Positions 1 to 10,799 of a DNA stretch of 64,000 nt are shown piece after piece (within the stretch, counting starts at the first letter, position 1; each line of letters begins with the position of its first letter). Both the position numbers and the translations under genes were made by a program. The notes below the pieces were generated by a model that saw only the letters and a program-made list of their open reading frames with translations, searched no databases and was not told the origin of the DNA. This DNA is from Candidatus Binatia bacterium (GTDB lineage: Bacteria > Desulfobacterota > Binatia > UBA9968 > CAXXLF01): NCBI GenBank assembly GCA_963664015.2, contig CAXXLF010000002.1, forward strand, positions 1,376,001 to 1,440,000, written 5' to 3'.

Positions 1-105
1 TAGGCCCCTATAGGCATCCGATCCAGATATGCCCAAGGGCAAAATTAACAAAAACGGAGCCGAACCCGGTTTTTGATGTGGGGTGATCGATCCGGATGAA
101 CCGCG

Positions 106-2370
106 CTACTTGGTTGAACCCAGGCCCAGCAGGCCGATATCGAAGTTGAAGCTGGTCTTGTCCGGGTTCGTTGTATGGTTGACGCTAATACCGACCGTCC
201 AGCACTCACACGGGGATAGCAGCTTGATACCCCCGCGGTTGCCGGTAAATCGACTGTCACGCGCGTCGTAGCTCCCATCGTAGAGGATCAGGATGTTATC
301 GGTCACGTGCAGGATGGAATGTAATCCCACCTCTTCGAGCACGTTACGGGTGATCGTGTCCTCGGGCGGCAGGACGGTGAGGTTTGCGTTTTCTGCCAAG
401 GGGGCCAACTGGTTCCTGCGGATGAATCGATAACTGAGACTCAGCGAATTGGACTTCATGAAGTCCTGGTCGAGGACGCGATGAAGTATCGGCCTGGGGC
501 CGGTCAACGACACCTGAGTCCAGGCCTGACTGAACTGCCATGGCCCTGGATTGAGCCCGGTAAACACTTCCAAAGAGACAAAATCCGCCGGCGTCCACTT
601 GAAATCGATTTCCAGGTCGGAAAGGGTATCTCCGCCGTTCCGCTCCTTATCGATATCGTAGTTCAAGGCCAAGCCTAGATGTCCTATCTCGCGCACGTCA
701 CTCTTATCCGAGGGAGTGAGCAGGTCCACTCCTCGGTCCGAACCACCCTCCGAAGGCGGTGGAACAAATTTGCCCAGGAAGCGATTGACCAACGAGAAGT
801 TCAGTATGTTCCTCCGGTTGACCCTATCGACCCCATCCATAATGGGGATATCCGACTGGTTGGTACCAGGTATGAAAAGGTAGTTCACTCGGGGTTCTAC
901 CATATGCTTGATCTTTTGAAGCGCAGAGCCGTTCCAGGCAAAGTGATTGGAAACCGAGGTCCCCACATTGCCCTTCAGTTCCACGAGCGAGCGAATCTTG
1001 TTTTTATCGTAGATCCCCTCGGTTCGGTGCAGGTAGTAGACGGTTCCCCTCGGGGCGGCATCCAAGGAGCCGTCCAGATACGGAAAGAGTCGAAAGGGAA
1101 GGGAGACTTCCGGTCGCAGGTCCAACCGGAATCCGTCGGCCCCTTTTTTCCTCATGTAGTTCACACTCTCCGCCCGCCAGCTGAACTCGACGGGGAGTCC
1201 AAAATTCTTCTCGCCCCAAAAGGACAGATTTGGGAGCCGGAAAAACGTATCATCGTCGTCTTGAATAAAATCCTGGACGGCGTCCCACTCACCCCGCAGG
1301 AACATATCGCTTTCATGATTGAAGAATCCTACCCGTGACCGTGCGTAACGACTGGTCTGAATATCCCTTACTCGAACGTTGTCCACGTCAAACTGGTCCA
1401 CCAGTTCCCGGGTAAACAGGTCGTCGCTAAGGACAAAGATATCGCTGTAGGTGATCCATCCCAAGCGATGTTGGTAGCGGTGCCTACCGACTGCACTCCA
1501 ACGGCCCTGAGGGATGCTTGGATCGTCGATGGTCGTATCTTCGATATCGTCCTCTGCGTCGTTTCTCCAAGTTTCATTGAAGTAGGAGCCGTTGACGTAT
1601 AGGTTCGAATCCCGGTTGAAGACCTTGCGAAACTTTCCTATGGCGCCCAACCGGGTGCGGGTCTCTACATTGCCCTGAAGGGTAAGGTCGGTACTCTTGT
1701 TGATGGCCCAGAAGTAGGGCTGTTGATAGCGGAATCCATCCCTGCTCGAATAGCCCATCTTGGGGAAGAGGAAACCGCTCTGTCTCTCTGTCCTCATGGG
1801 GAAAAAGGCGTAGGGCAGGTAGAGGACGGGCACCTCCAGGAGATGAAAGGTTCCCCCTTTGATAAACCCTTTCCCTTCACGGGTCAGTCCGATCTCGCGA
1901 GCCTTGATTTGCCAGGTCGGGGTACCCGATTCGCACAGACAGGTGGTAAAAGATCCATCATCGATATGGTACGCCTGCCCGTCGAACTTCTTGAGGCTTC
2001 TACCGGACAAGCTAATGTGGCTTTCCTCGATGAAGACCTCCCCCTGTTCGATCTCCCATTTCTCTTCCCGCATGTCCATGCGAATAGATTCGGCCTTTAA
2101 CTTCCAATCGGGATTCACTACCGAGACCTGGCCCTTGGCCTCCACTTCCTGTTTCTCTCGGTTGACCCGCACGGACTCGGCCTTCAGGACCGCGTCCTCA
2201 CGCTTGATCTTCACATTGCCCTTGGCCCGAATCACGTTACCGGCTTCCTCGACGGTAAGCTGCTCCGCGGTCACGTCGATCTCACCTTTCCTGGGCTGGG
2301 TCTGAGCCAGTCCGATTTGAGCGGACCACAAGAGCAGGGCCATCAAAAGGCCTGAGGCAGCGCGGATCAT
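106..2370 (-). CDS. lptD: LPS assembly outer-membrane protein LptD
   Basis: 754 aa; signal peptide; OstA-like N-terminus (AKGNVKIKR, FTTC); PVLYLPY..P..TERQSGFLFP motif; beta-barrel-like C-terminus with CECW. Confidence 0.88.
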   Translation of the reverse strand: MIRAASGLLMALLLWSAQIGLAQTQPRKGEIDVTAEQLTVEEAGNVIRAKGNVKIKREDAVLKAESVRVNREKQEVEAKGQVSVVNPDWKLKAESIRMDMREEKWEIEQGEVFIEESHISLSGRSLKKFDGQAYHIDDGSFTTCLCESGTPTWQIKAREIGLTREGKGFIKGGTFHLLEVPVLYLPYAFFPMRTERQSGFLFPKMGYSSRDGFRYQQPYFWAINKSTDLTLQGNVETRTRLGAIGKFRKVFNRDSNLYVNGSYFNETWRNDAEDDIEDTTIDDPSIPQGRWSAVGRHRYQHRLGWITYSDIFVLSDDLFTRELVDQFDVDNVRVRDIQTSRYARSRVGFFNHESDMFLRGEWDAVQDFIQDDDDTFFRLPNLSFWGEKNFGLPVEFSWRAESVNYMRKKGADGFRLDLRPEVSLPFRLFPYLDGSLDAAPRGTVYYLHRTEGIYDKNKIRSLVELKGNVGTSVSNHFAWNGSALQKIKHMVEPRVNYLFIPGTNQSDIPIMDGVDRVNRRNILNFSLVNRFLGKFVPPPSEGGSDRGVDLLTPSDKSDVREIGHLGLALNYDIDKERNGGDTLSDLEIDFKWTPADFVSLEVFTGLNPGPWQFSQAWTQVSLTGPRPILHRVLDQDFMKSNSLSLSYRFIRRNQLAPLAENANLTVLPPEDTITRNVLEEVGLHSILHVTDNILILYDGSYDARDSRFTGNRGGIKLLSPCECWTVGISVNHTTNPDKTSFNFDIGLLGLGSTK

Positions 2371-3671
2371 ACGGCCCCTAACACCCCAGACACTATGTGG
2401 AGTTTTTTTGTTTGAACGAGAAACGGTCGTACCTGACCCAAGAGGTAAAGGGAGCCGGTAACCAGCAGGACTTCATCTCGACCGGCACTGCCCAGTAAGG
2501 TACCGACGGCCTCCATGGGATCGTCGATCGTCTTCACCGGCAGCCCGGGAGGAAGCAGACGATGCAAGAGTTCAGGCTCCCCGCTGCGTTCCATAGGCAC
2601 GCGGGTCAAGACAATTTCATCGGCAACGCGGGTGAGCTCTGTTAACATACCCGACCAATCCTTATCCTTCATCACCCCGAAAAGCAGCTTGACCTTCCTA
2701 CCGCCCACCAAAATACGCACCTCGTGGACCAGAGCCTTGACCCCCTGCATGTTGTGCGCCCCGTCAAGGATGACCACAGGCGTGTGTCCGATAATCTCTA
2801 ATCGCCCGGGCCAGTAGACCCTTTCCAGCCCTTGGCGGATCGCAGCTTCGTCCACGGGGAACCGATCCTGCATAAGTTCTAGCGCGGCCAATGCGGAGGC
2901 CGCGTTGCGCCTTTGGTGGACTCCACGTAAGCCAAGGGAAAGCCCCTTCAAATGCCAACGAATACCGTCGTACGAGAACTGGTCATTCTCCCCTAAATCG
3001 ACAGAAAAGTCCCGACCGAAGAAATAGGTGGGGCACCCCTTAATCCGGGCAATATCCTCAATAACGACCCGGGCCTGTGTTTCCAAGGGTCCCCCCACAA
3101 CCGGGACCCCTTCCTTGATGATCCCCCCCTTCTCCCGCGCGATGGAATCCAGGTCGGAGCCCAAATACGCCTCATGGTCTTTTGCCACGGTGGTAATGAT
3201 GGACACCCCGGGTACAACAAGGTTGGTGGCATCCAGCCTGCCCCCCATTCCGACCTCCAATACGGCTACGTCCACGTCATGATGAGCGAAATAGATCATG
3301 GCCATGACGGTCACGAATTCGAAAAAGGTAAGGAAGATTTTTGCCTCTTCCAAGCGTTGCGTCAAGGATTCGGCTATTTCGACTACCTCGTCGGGCAAAA
3401 TCTCGCCTTGGCCCACTCGAATCCGTTCCGTGAAGGAGGTGAGATGAGGCGAGGTGTACAGGGCGGCTCGATAACCCTGAGCGCACAGGATGCTGTGCAG
3501 CATGGCTGCCGTAGACCCCTTCCCATTGGTGCCGGCGATATGAAAGACCGGGCAACAACGCTCCGGATGGTCGAACAGAGACAGAGCTTGCTCAACACGA
3601 TGCAAACGCAAATCGACCTCACCGCCGCGCAGGTTGTAAATCGTGTTGAGAGTCTCTGAGTAGGATGGCAT
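2367..3671 (-). CDS. folC: Bifunctional folylpolyglutamate synthase/dihydrofolate synthase
   Basis: HIAGTNGKGS, YTSPHL, EVGMGGRLDATN, LDGAHN, TGSLYL motifs; likely ATG at 3671 (MPSYSE). Confidence 0.93.
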   Translation of the reverse strand: MPSYSETLNTIYNLRGGEVDLRLHRVEQALSLFDHPERCCPVFHIAGTNGKGSTAAMLHSILCAQGYRAALYTSPHLTSFTERIRVGQGEILPDEVVEIAESLTQRLEEAKIFLTFFEFVTVMAMIYFAHHDVDVAVLEVGMGGRLDATNLVVPGVSIITTVAKDHEAYLGSDLDSIAREKGGIIKEGVPVVGGPLETQARVVIEDIARIKGCPTYFFGRDFSVDLGENDQFSYDGIRWHLKGLSLGLRGVHQRRNAASALAALELMQDRFPVDEAAIRQGLERVYWPGRLEIIGHTPVVILDGAHNMQGVKALVHEVRILVGGRKVKLLFGVMKDKDWSGMLTELTRVADEIVLTRVPMERSGEPELLHRLLPPGLPVKTIDDPMEAVGTLLGSAGRDEVLLVTGSLYLLGQVRPFLVQTKKLHIVSGVLGAV

Positions 3672-3707
3672 CAAGGAACCTAACAGCTGCTTTCTCAAAT
3701 AAGGGCA

Positions 3708-4523
3708 CTAACGGTGCTTCTTAGAAACACTGTTTACGGCCCGCTTGAGGCTGGCCACGAATGCGGCCGCTCGTTTGACCTTGTCTTCCCGACGGCGGGC
3801 CTTCTCCATGATATTGATCAAGGCGCTTCCCACCACTACCGCATCGGCAAAGGAAGCAACCCAAGCCGCTTGCTTAGGGGTAGAGATACCAAAACCGACG
3901 CCGATGGGCAAAGAGGTACTGCGTCGAACCCGGGCCACCAGGGCGCCGAGTCCCTTCTCGAAACTACTCCTCGTTCCCGTCACCCCGGTCACCGACACAT
4001 AATAGATAAAGCCTCCAGCCTCCCGGGTAACCAGACGAACACGGTGCGAGTCACTGGTAGGGGCCAGTAGGTAGATCATATGGAGGCCTCGGGCTGTGGC
4101 CCAGCTCTTGAGCTCCCCGCTCTCCTCCGGGGGAAGATCCACGCACAGAATTCCATCGGCCCCCGCATTCCTGGCCTCCTGGGTAAGCCGCTTGAGCCCG
4201 AAATGAAAGAATGGGTTGTAGTAACCAAAAAGGATCAGTGGAACTTCCGAGCGCCGGCGAAACTGGCGAACCACCTCCAAGATGCTGGAAAGCGACAGCC
4301 CCTTATGGAGGGCGCGTTCGGAGGCCCGTTGGATCGTCGGGCCGTCGGCCATCGGATCCGAAAAAGGGATGCCCAGTTCGATCAGGTCAGCCCCGCTTTG
4401 TGCCACCGCCAGCAGCGTTTCCAACGTGGTCCGAAGATCCGGGTCCCCCGCCTCGATGAATGGGATCAAGGCGGTCTTTCCCCGGCTTTTCAACTCGGCA
4501 AATTTTTGATCAATACGATTCAC
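3708..4523 (-). CDS. trpA: Tryptophan synthase alpha chain
   Basis: ELGIPFSDPMADGPTIQ, GVTG, VGFGIS motifs. Confidence 0.97.
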   Translation of the reverse strand: MNRIDQKFAELKSRGKTALIPFIEAGDPDLRTTLETLLAVAQSGADLIELGIPFSDPMADGPTIQRASERALHKGLSLSSILEVVRQFRRRSEVPLILFGYYNPFFHFGLKRLTQEARNAGADGILCVDLPPEESGELKSWATARGLHMIYLLAPTSDSHRVRLVTREAGGFIYYVSVTGVTGTRSSFEKGLGALVARVRRSTSLPIGVGFGISTPKQAAWVASFADAVVVGSALINIMEKARRREDKVKRAAAFVASLKRAVNSVSKKHR

Positions 4524-4581
4524 TCTTCGTTAACCCGTTGGTTGGTCATCAAGTTGCTTACGGTTATCGATCACGCACCCT

Positions 4582-5802
4582 CTAAAGTTTATCTCCCAAA
4601 TATTTTGTCACCGCATCGATATCTTTGTCCCCTCTTCCCGACAAGTTCAGGACAATCAACTCACGCTTGGACCGCCGGGGGGCAAGACGAATGACTTCGG
4701 CCACCGCATGGGCACTCTCCAATGCGGGAATGATCCCCTCCACCTCAGAGAGCACCCTCATGGAATTGACAGCCTCCGTATCGGTGGCCGAGACAAACGC
4801 GATACGACCGGATTCGTAGAGGTAACTGTGTTCCGGACCCACTCCGGGATAATCCAGACCCGGGGCGATGGAGTGGGCATGGCGGATCTGACCGGTCTTT
4901 TCCTGGAGCAGGTAAGTCTTGTTCCCATGGAGCACTCCGATCGTACCGCCAAGGATCGATGCCGAGTGGTGCCCACTACGCAGTCCCAAACCCGCTGCTT
5001 CCACACCGATCATCTTCACCCGTCGATCTTTCAGAAAGGGATAGAACAACCCCATGGCGTTGCTCCCACCACCGACACAGGCGACCAGGTAGTGGGGCAA
5101 TCGACCTTCCTTTGCGAGGATTTGCCGCCGCGCCTCCTTACCGACGACCGACTGAAAATCGCGTACCATCATGGGATAGGGATGGGGACCGGCCACCGAG
5201 CCGATGAGGTAATAAGTGGAGCGGACATGGGTCACCCAGTTTCTGAGGGCCTCGTTCATAGCGTCCTTCAGTGTACAGGTACCCGAGTCTACTACTATGA
5301 CCTTGGCTCCGAGCAGTTTCATTCGCGAGACATTCAAGGATTGACGCTGTACATCCTCTTTGCCCATGAAGATCTCACACTCCATACCAAAAAGCGCCGC
5401 CACTGTCGCCGTAGCGACCCCATGCTGCCCGGCACCCGTCTCCGCTATGACCCGCTGTTTGCCCATCCTGCGGGCAAGGAGGATCTGTCCCACCGTGTTA
5501 TTGATCTTGTGAGCTCCCGTATGACAGAGGTCTTCGCGTTTGATATAGACCTTGGCGCCGCCGAGCCGGCGGGTGAGACGCTCGGCAAAGTAAAGGGGCG
5601 TTTCCCTACCGACGTATTCACGTAGATAGGTATGGACCTCACGCTGGAAGGCTCGGTCACGCCGCGCCTTGGTGTAGGCCTCCTGCAAAGCGACCAGGGC
5701 CGGCATGAGGGTCTCGGATACGTAGCGACCCCCGAAGACGCCATAGTGCCCCTGTCGATCAGGAAGCCTTGGCAGCGAGGATGAATTCTTTGAGTTTCCC
5801 AT
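4582..5802 (-). CDS. trpB: Tryptophan synthase beta chain
   Basis: HTGAHKINN (PLP lysine), [24 protein letters not shown]; ATG at 5802 chosen. Confidence 0.97.
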   Translation of the reverse strand: MGNSKNSSSLPRLPDRQGHYGVFGGRYVSETLMPALVALQEAYTKARRDRAFQREVHTYLREYVGRETPLYFAERLTRRLGGAKVYIKREDLCHTGAHKINNTVGQILLARRMGKQRVIAETGAGQHGVATATVAALFGMECEIFMGKEDVQRQSLNVSRMKLLGAKVIVVDSGTCTLKDAMNEALRNWVTHVRSTYYLIGSVAGPHPYPMMVRDFQSVVGKEARRQILAKEGRLPHYLVACVGGGSNAMGLFYPFLKDRRVKMIGVEAAGLGLRSGHHSASILGGTIGVLHGNKTYLLQEKTGQIRHAHSIAPGLDYPGVGPEHSYLYESGRIAFVSATDTEAVNSMRVLSEVEGIIPALESAHAVAEVIRLAPRRSKRELIVLNLSGRGDKDIDAVTKYLGDKL

Positions 5803-6385
5803 AATCCTTAATACCCGGACGGGCCTCAACGCCGGAACAAACGTCTACCCCGATGGGCCGTACCTCAGTGACGGCACGGACTACATTGTTCAGATTCAAC
5901 CCACCGGAAAGAATAACCCGGGTCGGATCCAATCCCTCAATCCACTCCCACTGGAACGGATAGCCCGAGCCGCCGTACCCATCGCTCCAGGAATCCAAAA
6001 GATAAAAATCTGCAGGGTATTCACCAACCGTGGCCAGGGATCCCTGGTTCCGGACTCGAAAGGCCTTGATGACCTTGACCTCCCACGCTTCGCAGTATTT
6101 GGGATCCTCCTCCCCATGGAACTGGACGCCGCTAAAGGCGGGACCGTCTGCGCCGCTCGGTACCGGACCAATAATCTCTTTTACCCTGGCCCGAGGCTCG
6201 TTGACCACAACGGCGATCCGGCAAACCTCCCGTGGCACCTCGCTCACAATGGCCCACGCCTGCTCTGGCGTTAAATAGCGCGGGCTCGGTGGATAGAAAT
6301 TGAACCCTAGGGCATCGGCACCGAACTCTACCGATTTGAGAGCATCCTCGACGCTGGTTATTCCACAGACCTTAACCTTAACCAT
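5759..6385 (-). CDS. trpF: Phosphoribosylanthranilate isomerase
   Basis: [31 protein letters not shown] motifs. Confidence 0.95.
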   Translation of the reverse strand: MVKVKVCGITSVEDALKSVEFGADALGFNFYPPSPRYLTPEQAWAIVSEVPREVCRIAVVVNEPRARVKEIIGPVPSGADGPAFSGVQFHGEEDPKYCEAWEVKVIKAFRVRNQGSLATVGEYPADFYLLDSWSDGYGGSGYPFQWEWIEGLDPTRVILSGGLNLNNVVRAVTEVRPIGVDVCSGVEARPGIKDYGKLKEFILAAKAS

Positions 6386-6401
6386 AACAATCTGTTAACC
6401 G

Positions 6402-6468
6402 CGAATAGGCCCCGTCCCGTAAATGACAATTTGCCATTCGCTATTTACAATTGGCTATTTGCTAATTA
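6402..6468. repeat. Degenerate heptamer tandem array (CTATTTG-like x6, plus one inverted CGAATAG)
   Basis: CAATTTG CCATTCG CTATTTA CAATTGG CTATTTG CTAATTA at 6427-6468. Confidence 0.6.
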
Positions 6469-7237
6469 GCAGTTCCCTCAGCTTGGCTCCCGGGTCGCGG
6501 GCCCGCATGAGCGTCTCGCCAATAAGAAACACATGGGCCCCCAAGGCTTCGAGCCTCACCATTTGACCGGAACCTTCTATGCCACTTTCACAGACCACGG
6601 TTTTGTCTCTGGGAACCATCGGGAGCAGCTTCTCTACGACGTCCAGATTGACCTCGAACGTTTTCAAGTCCCGGCTATTGATGCCGATAAGCGTTGCCCC
6701 GGCTACCAGTGCGCATTCTAACTCGCCTTCCGTGTGTACCTCGACCAGGGCCTGTAGGGACAGCGAACGAGCCTGACCCATTAGGTCCAGAAGCAAGGAG
6801 ATGTCGAGCAATGCCACGATGAACAGCACCGCGTCGGCCCCAAATCCCCGCGCCTCAACCAGTTGATAAGGGTCAACAATAAAATCCTTCCGCAGCAGGG
6901 GGAGAGTAACTTCCCCTTTGACCTTCTCCAGAGAGGAGAGACTTCCCAGGAAGAACCGTTCCTCAGTGAGGACCGAAAGGGCACTGGCACCATTGGCCGC
7001 TAGGGACCTGGCGATTTCCACAGCGTCGAAGTCCTCACGAATAACCCCTTTGGAAGGTGAAGCGCGCTTGACTTCGGCGATGACATGCCGCGACGTCCCC
7101 CGCAGACTGCCTTCAAAATCCCGCGGCGGCAGGTGAAACAGGGGACGATCCTCAAGCTGCGAGGTCGGACTTCTACGCTGTCTTTGCTCGACCTCCTCGC
7201 GTACATGGTTGACGATGGTTTCAAGAAAGATACTCAT
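6455..7237 (-). CDS. trpC: Indole-3-glycerol phosphate synthase
   Basis: IAEVKRASPSKG, SVLTE, LRKDF, LVEVH, GINSRDL motifs. Confidence 0.96.
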   Translation of the reverse strand: MSIFLETIVNHVREEVEQRQRRSPTSQLEDRPLFHLPPRDFEGSLRGTSRHVIAEVKRASPSKGVIREDFDAVEIARSLAANGASALSVLTEERFFLGSLSSLEKVKGEVTLPLLRKDFIVDPYQLVEARGFGADAVLFIVALLDISLLLDLMGQARSLSLQALVEVHTEGELECALVAGATLIGINSRDLKTFEVNLDVVEKLLPMVPRDKTVVCESGIEGSGQMVRLEALGAHVFLIGETLMRARDPGAKLRELLISK

Positions 7238-7271
7238 CTACCCCCGACTCCGCACCCTCTGCTATTCGCAC

Positions 7272-8288
7272 CTAACTGGAGTTGCTAACGCGGACCAGCA
7301 AGTCGAGCTTTTCCTGCGCCCTGCCTGAATCAATGGCTTCATGAGCCCGCTTGATTCCATCGGCGATGGATTCCACTGTACCGCTAGCATACAGAGCGGC
7401 ACCGCTATTCAGGAGAGTCACGTCCCGTCTCGGCCCTTTTGCCCCTTTGAGGATCTCCTGCAAGATCTCGGCACATTTCTCCGGATCACCCCCTCGAAGT
7501 TCTTCCAAGAGACAGCGTTGCAGGCCGAAATCCTCCGGCGATACGACGTAGCTTTTCACCGCTCCGTCGCGCAGCTCGGCAACCTGAGTCGGCCCGCATA
7601 GGGACACCTCATCCAGTCCCTCATCTCCGTGTACGACCAGGGCCTGTCGGGTCCCTAGATTCTTTAAAACTTGGGCAATAGGTTCGGTCAGGGCACCGTC
7701 GTATATGCCGATGAGCTGGTGGGTCGCCATGGCAGGATTGGTCAGTGGCCCGAGGATATTAAAGATCGTCCGGATCCCTATTTCCCGACGGGGCCCCCCT
7801 GCGAATTTCATGGCCTGATGCAACAGCGGGGCGAAGAGAAAACCGATCCCCACCTGCTCCAGGCATTCTTCCACTTTTTTCTTTGGCACCTCAATATTGA
7901 CTCCCAGTGCAGCCAATACATCGGCACTTCCCGAATGACTGGATACGGACCGGTTCCCATGCTTGGCTACGGTCACGCCGCAGGCTGCAACAACGAACGC
8001 TGCGGTTGTAGAGATGTTGAACGTTCCCATTTGATCGCCACCGGTCCCACAGGTATCCAGAACGCATTGGGAGTGAACCGAAACCCGGTCCGCCTTTTCC
8101 CTCATGACCCTCGCGGCACCCGTTATCTCCCCAACGGTCTCTCCTTTCATCCTCAAGGCAGTGAGAAAAGAAGCGACCTGAGCGGGAGTGGTCTCTCCGG
8201 TCATAATCTCGTTCATCACCGAAACGGTTTCGCTCTCCGTAAGGTCCGTGTGGCGCGTCAGATTGGCTATAGCTTCACGAATATTCAT
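7272..8288 (-). CDS. trpD: Anthranilate phosphoribosyltransferase
   Basis: DTCGTGGD..GTFNIST, KHGNRS, GPLTNP, GLDE motifs. Confidence 0.97.
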   Translation of the reverse strand: MNIREAIANLTRHTDLTESETVSVMNEIMTGETTPAQVASFLTALRMKGETVGEITGAARVMREKADRVSVHSQCVLDTCGTGGDQMGTFNISTTAAFVVAACGVTVAKHGNRSVSSHSGSADVLAALGVNIEVPKKKVEECLEQVGIGFLFAPLLHQAMKFAGGPRREIGIRTIFNILGPLTNPAMATHQLIGIYDGALTEPIAQVLKNLGTRQALVVHGDEGLDEVSLCGPTQVAELRDGAVKSYVVSPEDFGLQRCLLEELRGGDPEKCAEILQEILKGAKGPRRDVTLLNSGAALYASGTVESIADGIKRAHEAIDSGRAQEKLDLLVRVSNSS

Positions 8289-8962
8289 AGAGTCACCTTG
8301 GCAATGATGGCCTGGGTAAATCTTTCCCGCTTTTCGAGTCTCTCCAGCAAGGCCTTGGCTTCCTTCTGGGTCGCCAGACGCCCTACACGTACGCGGTACC
8401 AGGTCCGGCCCTTGATGACGATTGAAACAAGGTAGGCTTTGTACCCTTTATCCTTGAGCCTGTTGGTGAGGACCTGTGCGTCTCCACGACGGGTCAAGGC
8501 CTTGACCTGTACGGACCAGATCGTGGTCCCTCTCTTCGCCGAAACGCTTGCCCGTTTTGCCGGTGTTTTCACCGGCGCCCGTTGGCTCGGTTTGGCAGGG
8601 GCCGGAGTCACTTTGGCCTTGGCAACCTTTTTCTTCGGAACCCCTTGTTCTTTCTTCTTGCTCGCCTTTTCCGGAGCCGGTGTTGGACTTTTAGTCAGGA
8701 TATCGTAAAAGGTCATCTCCTGGTCCGGCGAGGTTCCCTTAGTTGTACTCGGCCCACCGGGAAACGCTGTTAATGGAATCTTCGTAATCGGTTCATCACC
8801 GCCTCTTTGCAGGAGCTTTTTCTCCTCGATCCCTTGCCCTACCAACATGCCAAGGAAAAATACGATCGAACAGGTAACGGTAAATCCCACGGCCAGTATG
8901 CCCAGTTGGCCGCGACTTAAATAATAGGAACCCGAATCTGTAGCTTTACGAAAATCTGCCAT
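8285..8962 (-). CDS. Bitopic SPOR-domain protein (FtsN/DedD-like)
   Basis: Single TM segment, TFYDIL motif, Pro/Lys linker, C-terminal SPOR domain (WSVQV...WYRVRVG); follows argS. Confidence 0.8.
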   Translation of the reverse strand: MADFRKATDSGSYYLSRGQLGILAVGFTVTCSIVFFLGMLVGQGIEEKKLLQRGGDEPITKIPLTAFPGGPSTTKGTSPDQEMTFYDILTKSPTPAPEKASKKKEQGVPKKKVAKAKVTPAPAKPSQRAPVKTPAKRASVSAKRGTTIWSVQVKALTRRGDAQVLTNRLKDKGYKAYLVSIVIKGRTWYRVRVGRLATQKEAKALLERLEKRERFTQAIIAKVTL

Positions 8963-9007
8963 AAGGATTAATCAGCCGTTTTTCGCTCCCGAGTTCCCTA
9001 GATCCGT

Positions 9008-10696
9008 TTAACCCTCTTCGTCCAAAGACCGGGCCATTCGTAAGGGGGCCTCCACTCCTAAAATATGCAGACCCATACGAATTACAGTCTGGACTTCTTT
9101 GACCAGTACAAGGCGTGCCCGGCTCAAAGCCGCATCATCGGACAGGACCCGGTTGCGGTTATAATAACGGTGAAACAGCCCCGCCAGTTCGTACAGGTAA
9201 AAGACCAACCGATGGGGCTCTAATTCCTGGGTGGTTTCCTTCACGACCTCAGCATACTCGATTACCTTCTTGATCAATTCAAGCTCTTCGAGCAAGGTGA
9301 GCTTTTCCAAATCAACGTCCGAGCTATTCAGCGCTTCGCCATTCAACCCATGGGAACCTGCCTGATCAATGATACTGGCCACCCGCGCATGGGCATATTG
9401 TACATAGAAGACCGGGTTCTCGGAAGATTCCTTTTTAGCCAGATCCAAATCGAATTCCAGATGGCTGTCGGACCTGCGCATCAAAAAGAAAAACCGCGCT
9501 GCGTCCGTGCCGACCTCTTCCAACACCTCCCGAAGCAAAACAAATTCTCCCAGCCGCTTGCCCATGCGGACGGGGGTTCCGCCGCGGGTCAGTTGTACCA
9601 TCTGGACAAGGACCACTTGGAGTACTCCGGGATCGTAGCCCAAGGCTTGGATGGCGGCCTTGAGTCTGCCCACATAACCATGGTGATCCGCACCCCAAAC
9701 ATTGATTAGCTTTTTGTATCCCCTTTTGAACTTATTCCGATGGTAGGCAATATCGCTGGCAAAGTAGGTGAGGTCGCCATCGCTTTTGATAACAGTCCGG
9801 TCCTTATCGTCTCCGTAGGACTGGGCTTTGAACCACAGGGCTCCGTCCTGTTGATAAAGGTCTCCACGAGCGCGCAAGGTTTCTATGGATTGCTCGACTT
9901 CACCACGCTCCCTCATGCTTTTTTCACTGAAGAAGGAGTCAAAGCTGATACCGAATCCCTCCAAATCATCGCGTATAACCGAAAGCATCGATTCGGCTCC
10001 AAAGCGACTAAGAGAGGCCACCGCTTCCTCTCGACTATTGGAAGCGTACTGCTCTCCCCATCGTTCCTTGACCGTCATGGCCAGTTCCTTGACATAATCC
10101 CCCGGATATCCGTTCTCCGGAAAGGGTTCCTTGACGCCCTCAAGTTCATGGTAGCGGTGGTAAATAGAAAGGCCCAAATTCTCTATTTGCCTTCCCGAGT
10201 CATTGACATAGTACTCCCGCTCCACACGATAACCAACCTCCGCAAATAGGCGGGCCAGGACGTCACCAATCACGGCAACGCGCCCATGGCCTACGTGAAG
10301 AGGGCCCGTGGGATTCACGCTGGCAAATTCCACCTGTACGGTCTCTCCCCGGCCAAGGTCAAGGGTCCGGGTACGATCCGCGTCGACCTGGCGCAGGCAG
10401 CGGTAACAGAAACTGGGAGAGAAAGAAAAGTTGATGAAACCGGGGCCCGCCACCTGGACCTTGTCGAGAATCCCATCTGGATCTTCCAGGTTCTTTATCA
10501 GCAGCTCGGCTATGACCCGGGGGGATTTACGCTGCCTCTTAGCCCAGATCATGGCTAGATTGGTGCTCAGATCACCAAATTCTTTCTGCTTTGGCGTCTC
10601 CAGAAGTAAAGGGGGGAGCTCTGTCAAATCCAGCTCTCCCCCCTTCGCGATTTTCTCAATGGTTCGGGTCAGGAGATCTCTAAGGTGATCTTTCAT
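9008..10696 (-). CDS. argS: Arginine--tRNA ligase
   Basis: VEFASVNPTGPLHVGH (HIGH-like), WGADHHGY, YVQYAHAR. Confidence 0.97.
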   Translation of the reverse strand: MKDHLRDLLTRTIEKIAKGGELDLTELPPLLLETPKQKEFGDLSTNLAMIWAKRQRKSPRVIAELLIKNLEDPDGILDKVQVAGPGFINFSFSPSFCYRCLRQVDADRTRTLDLGRGETVQVEFASVNPTGPLHVGHGRVAVIGDVLARLFAEVGYRVEREYYVNDSGRQIENLGLSIYHRYHELEGVKEPFPENGYPGDYVKELAMTVKERWGEQYASNSREEAVASLSRFGAESMLSVIRDDLEGFGISFDSFFSEKSMRERGEVEQSIETLRARGDLYQQDGALWFKAQSYGDDKDRTVIKSDGDLTYFASDIAYHRNKFKRGYKKLINVWGADHHGYVGRLKAAIQALGYDPGVLQVVLVQMVQLTRGGTPVRMGKRLGEFVLLREVLEEVGTDAARFFFLMRRSDSHLEFDLDLAKKESSENPVFYVQYAHARVASIIDQAGSHGLNGEALNSSDVDLEKLTLLEELELIKKVIEYAEVVKETTQELEPHRLVFYLYELAGLFHRYYNRNRVLSDDAALSRARLVLVKEVQTVIRMGLHILGVEAPLRMARSLDEEG

Positions 10697-10799
10697 CGCG
10701 ATCTTTGACCATTCCCACGGTCCCCTTCCGGCTTTAGTCGGTAATGAAGTAGCTTCTTATTTGGCAAGAATGTGCACCTAGAATTGGGCCCCAACGCCG

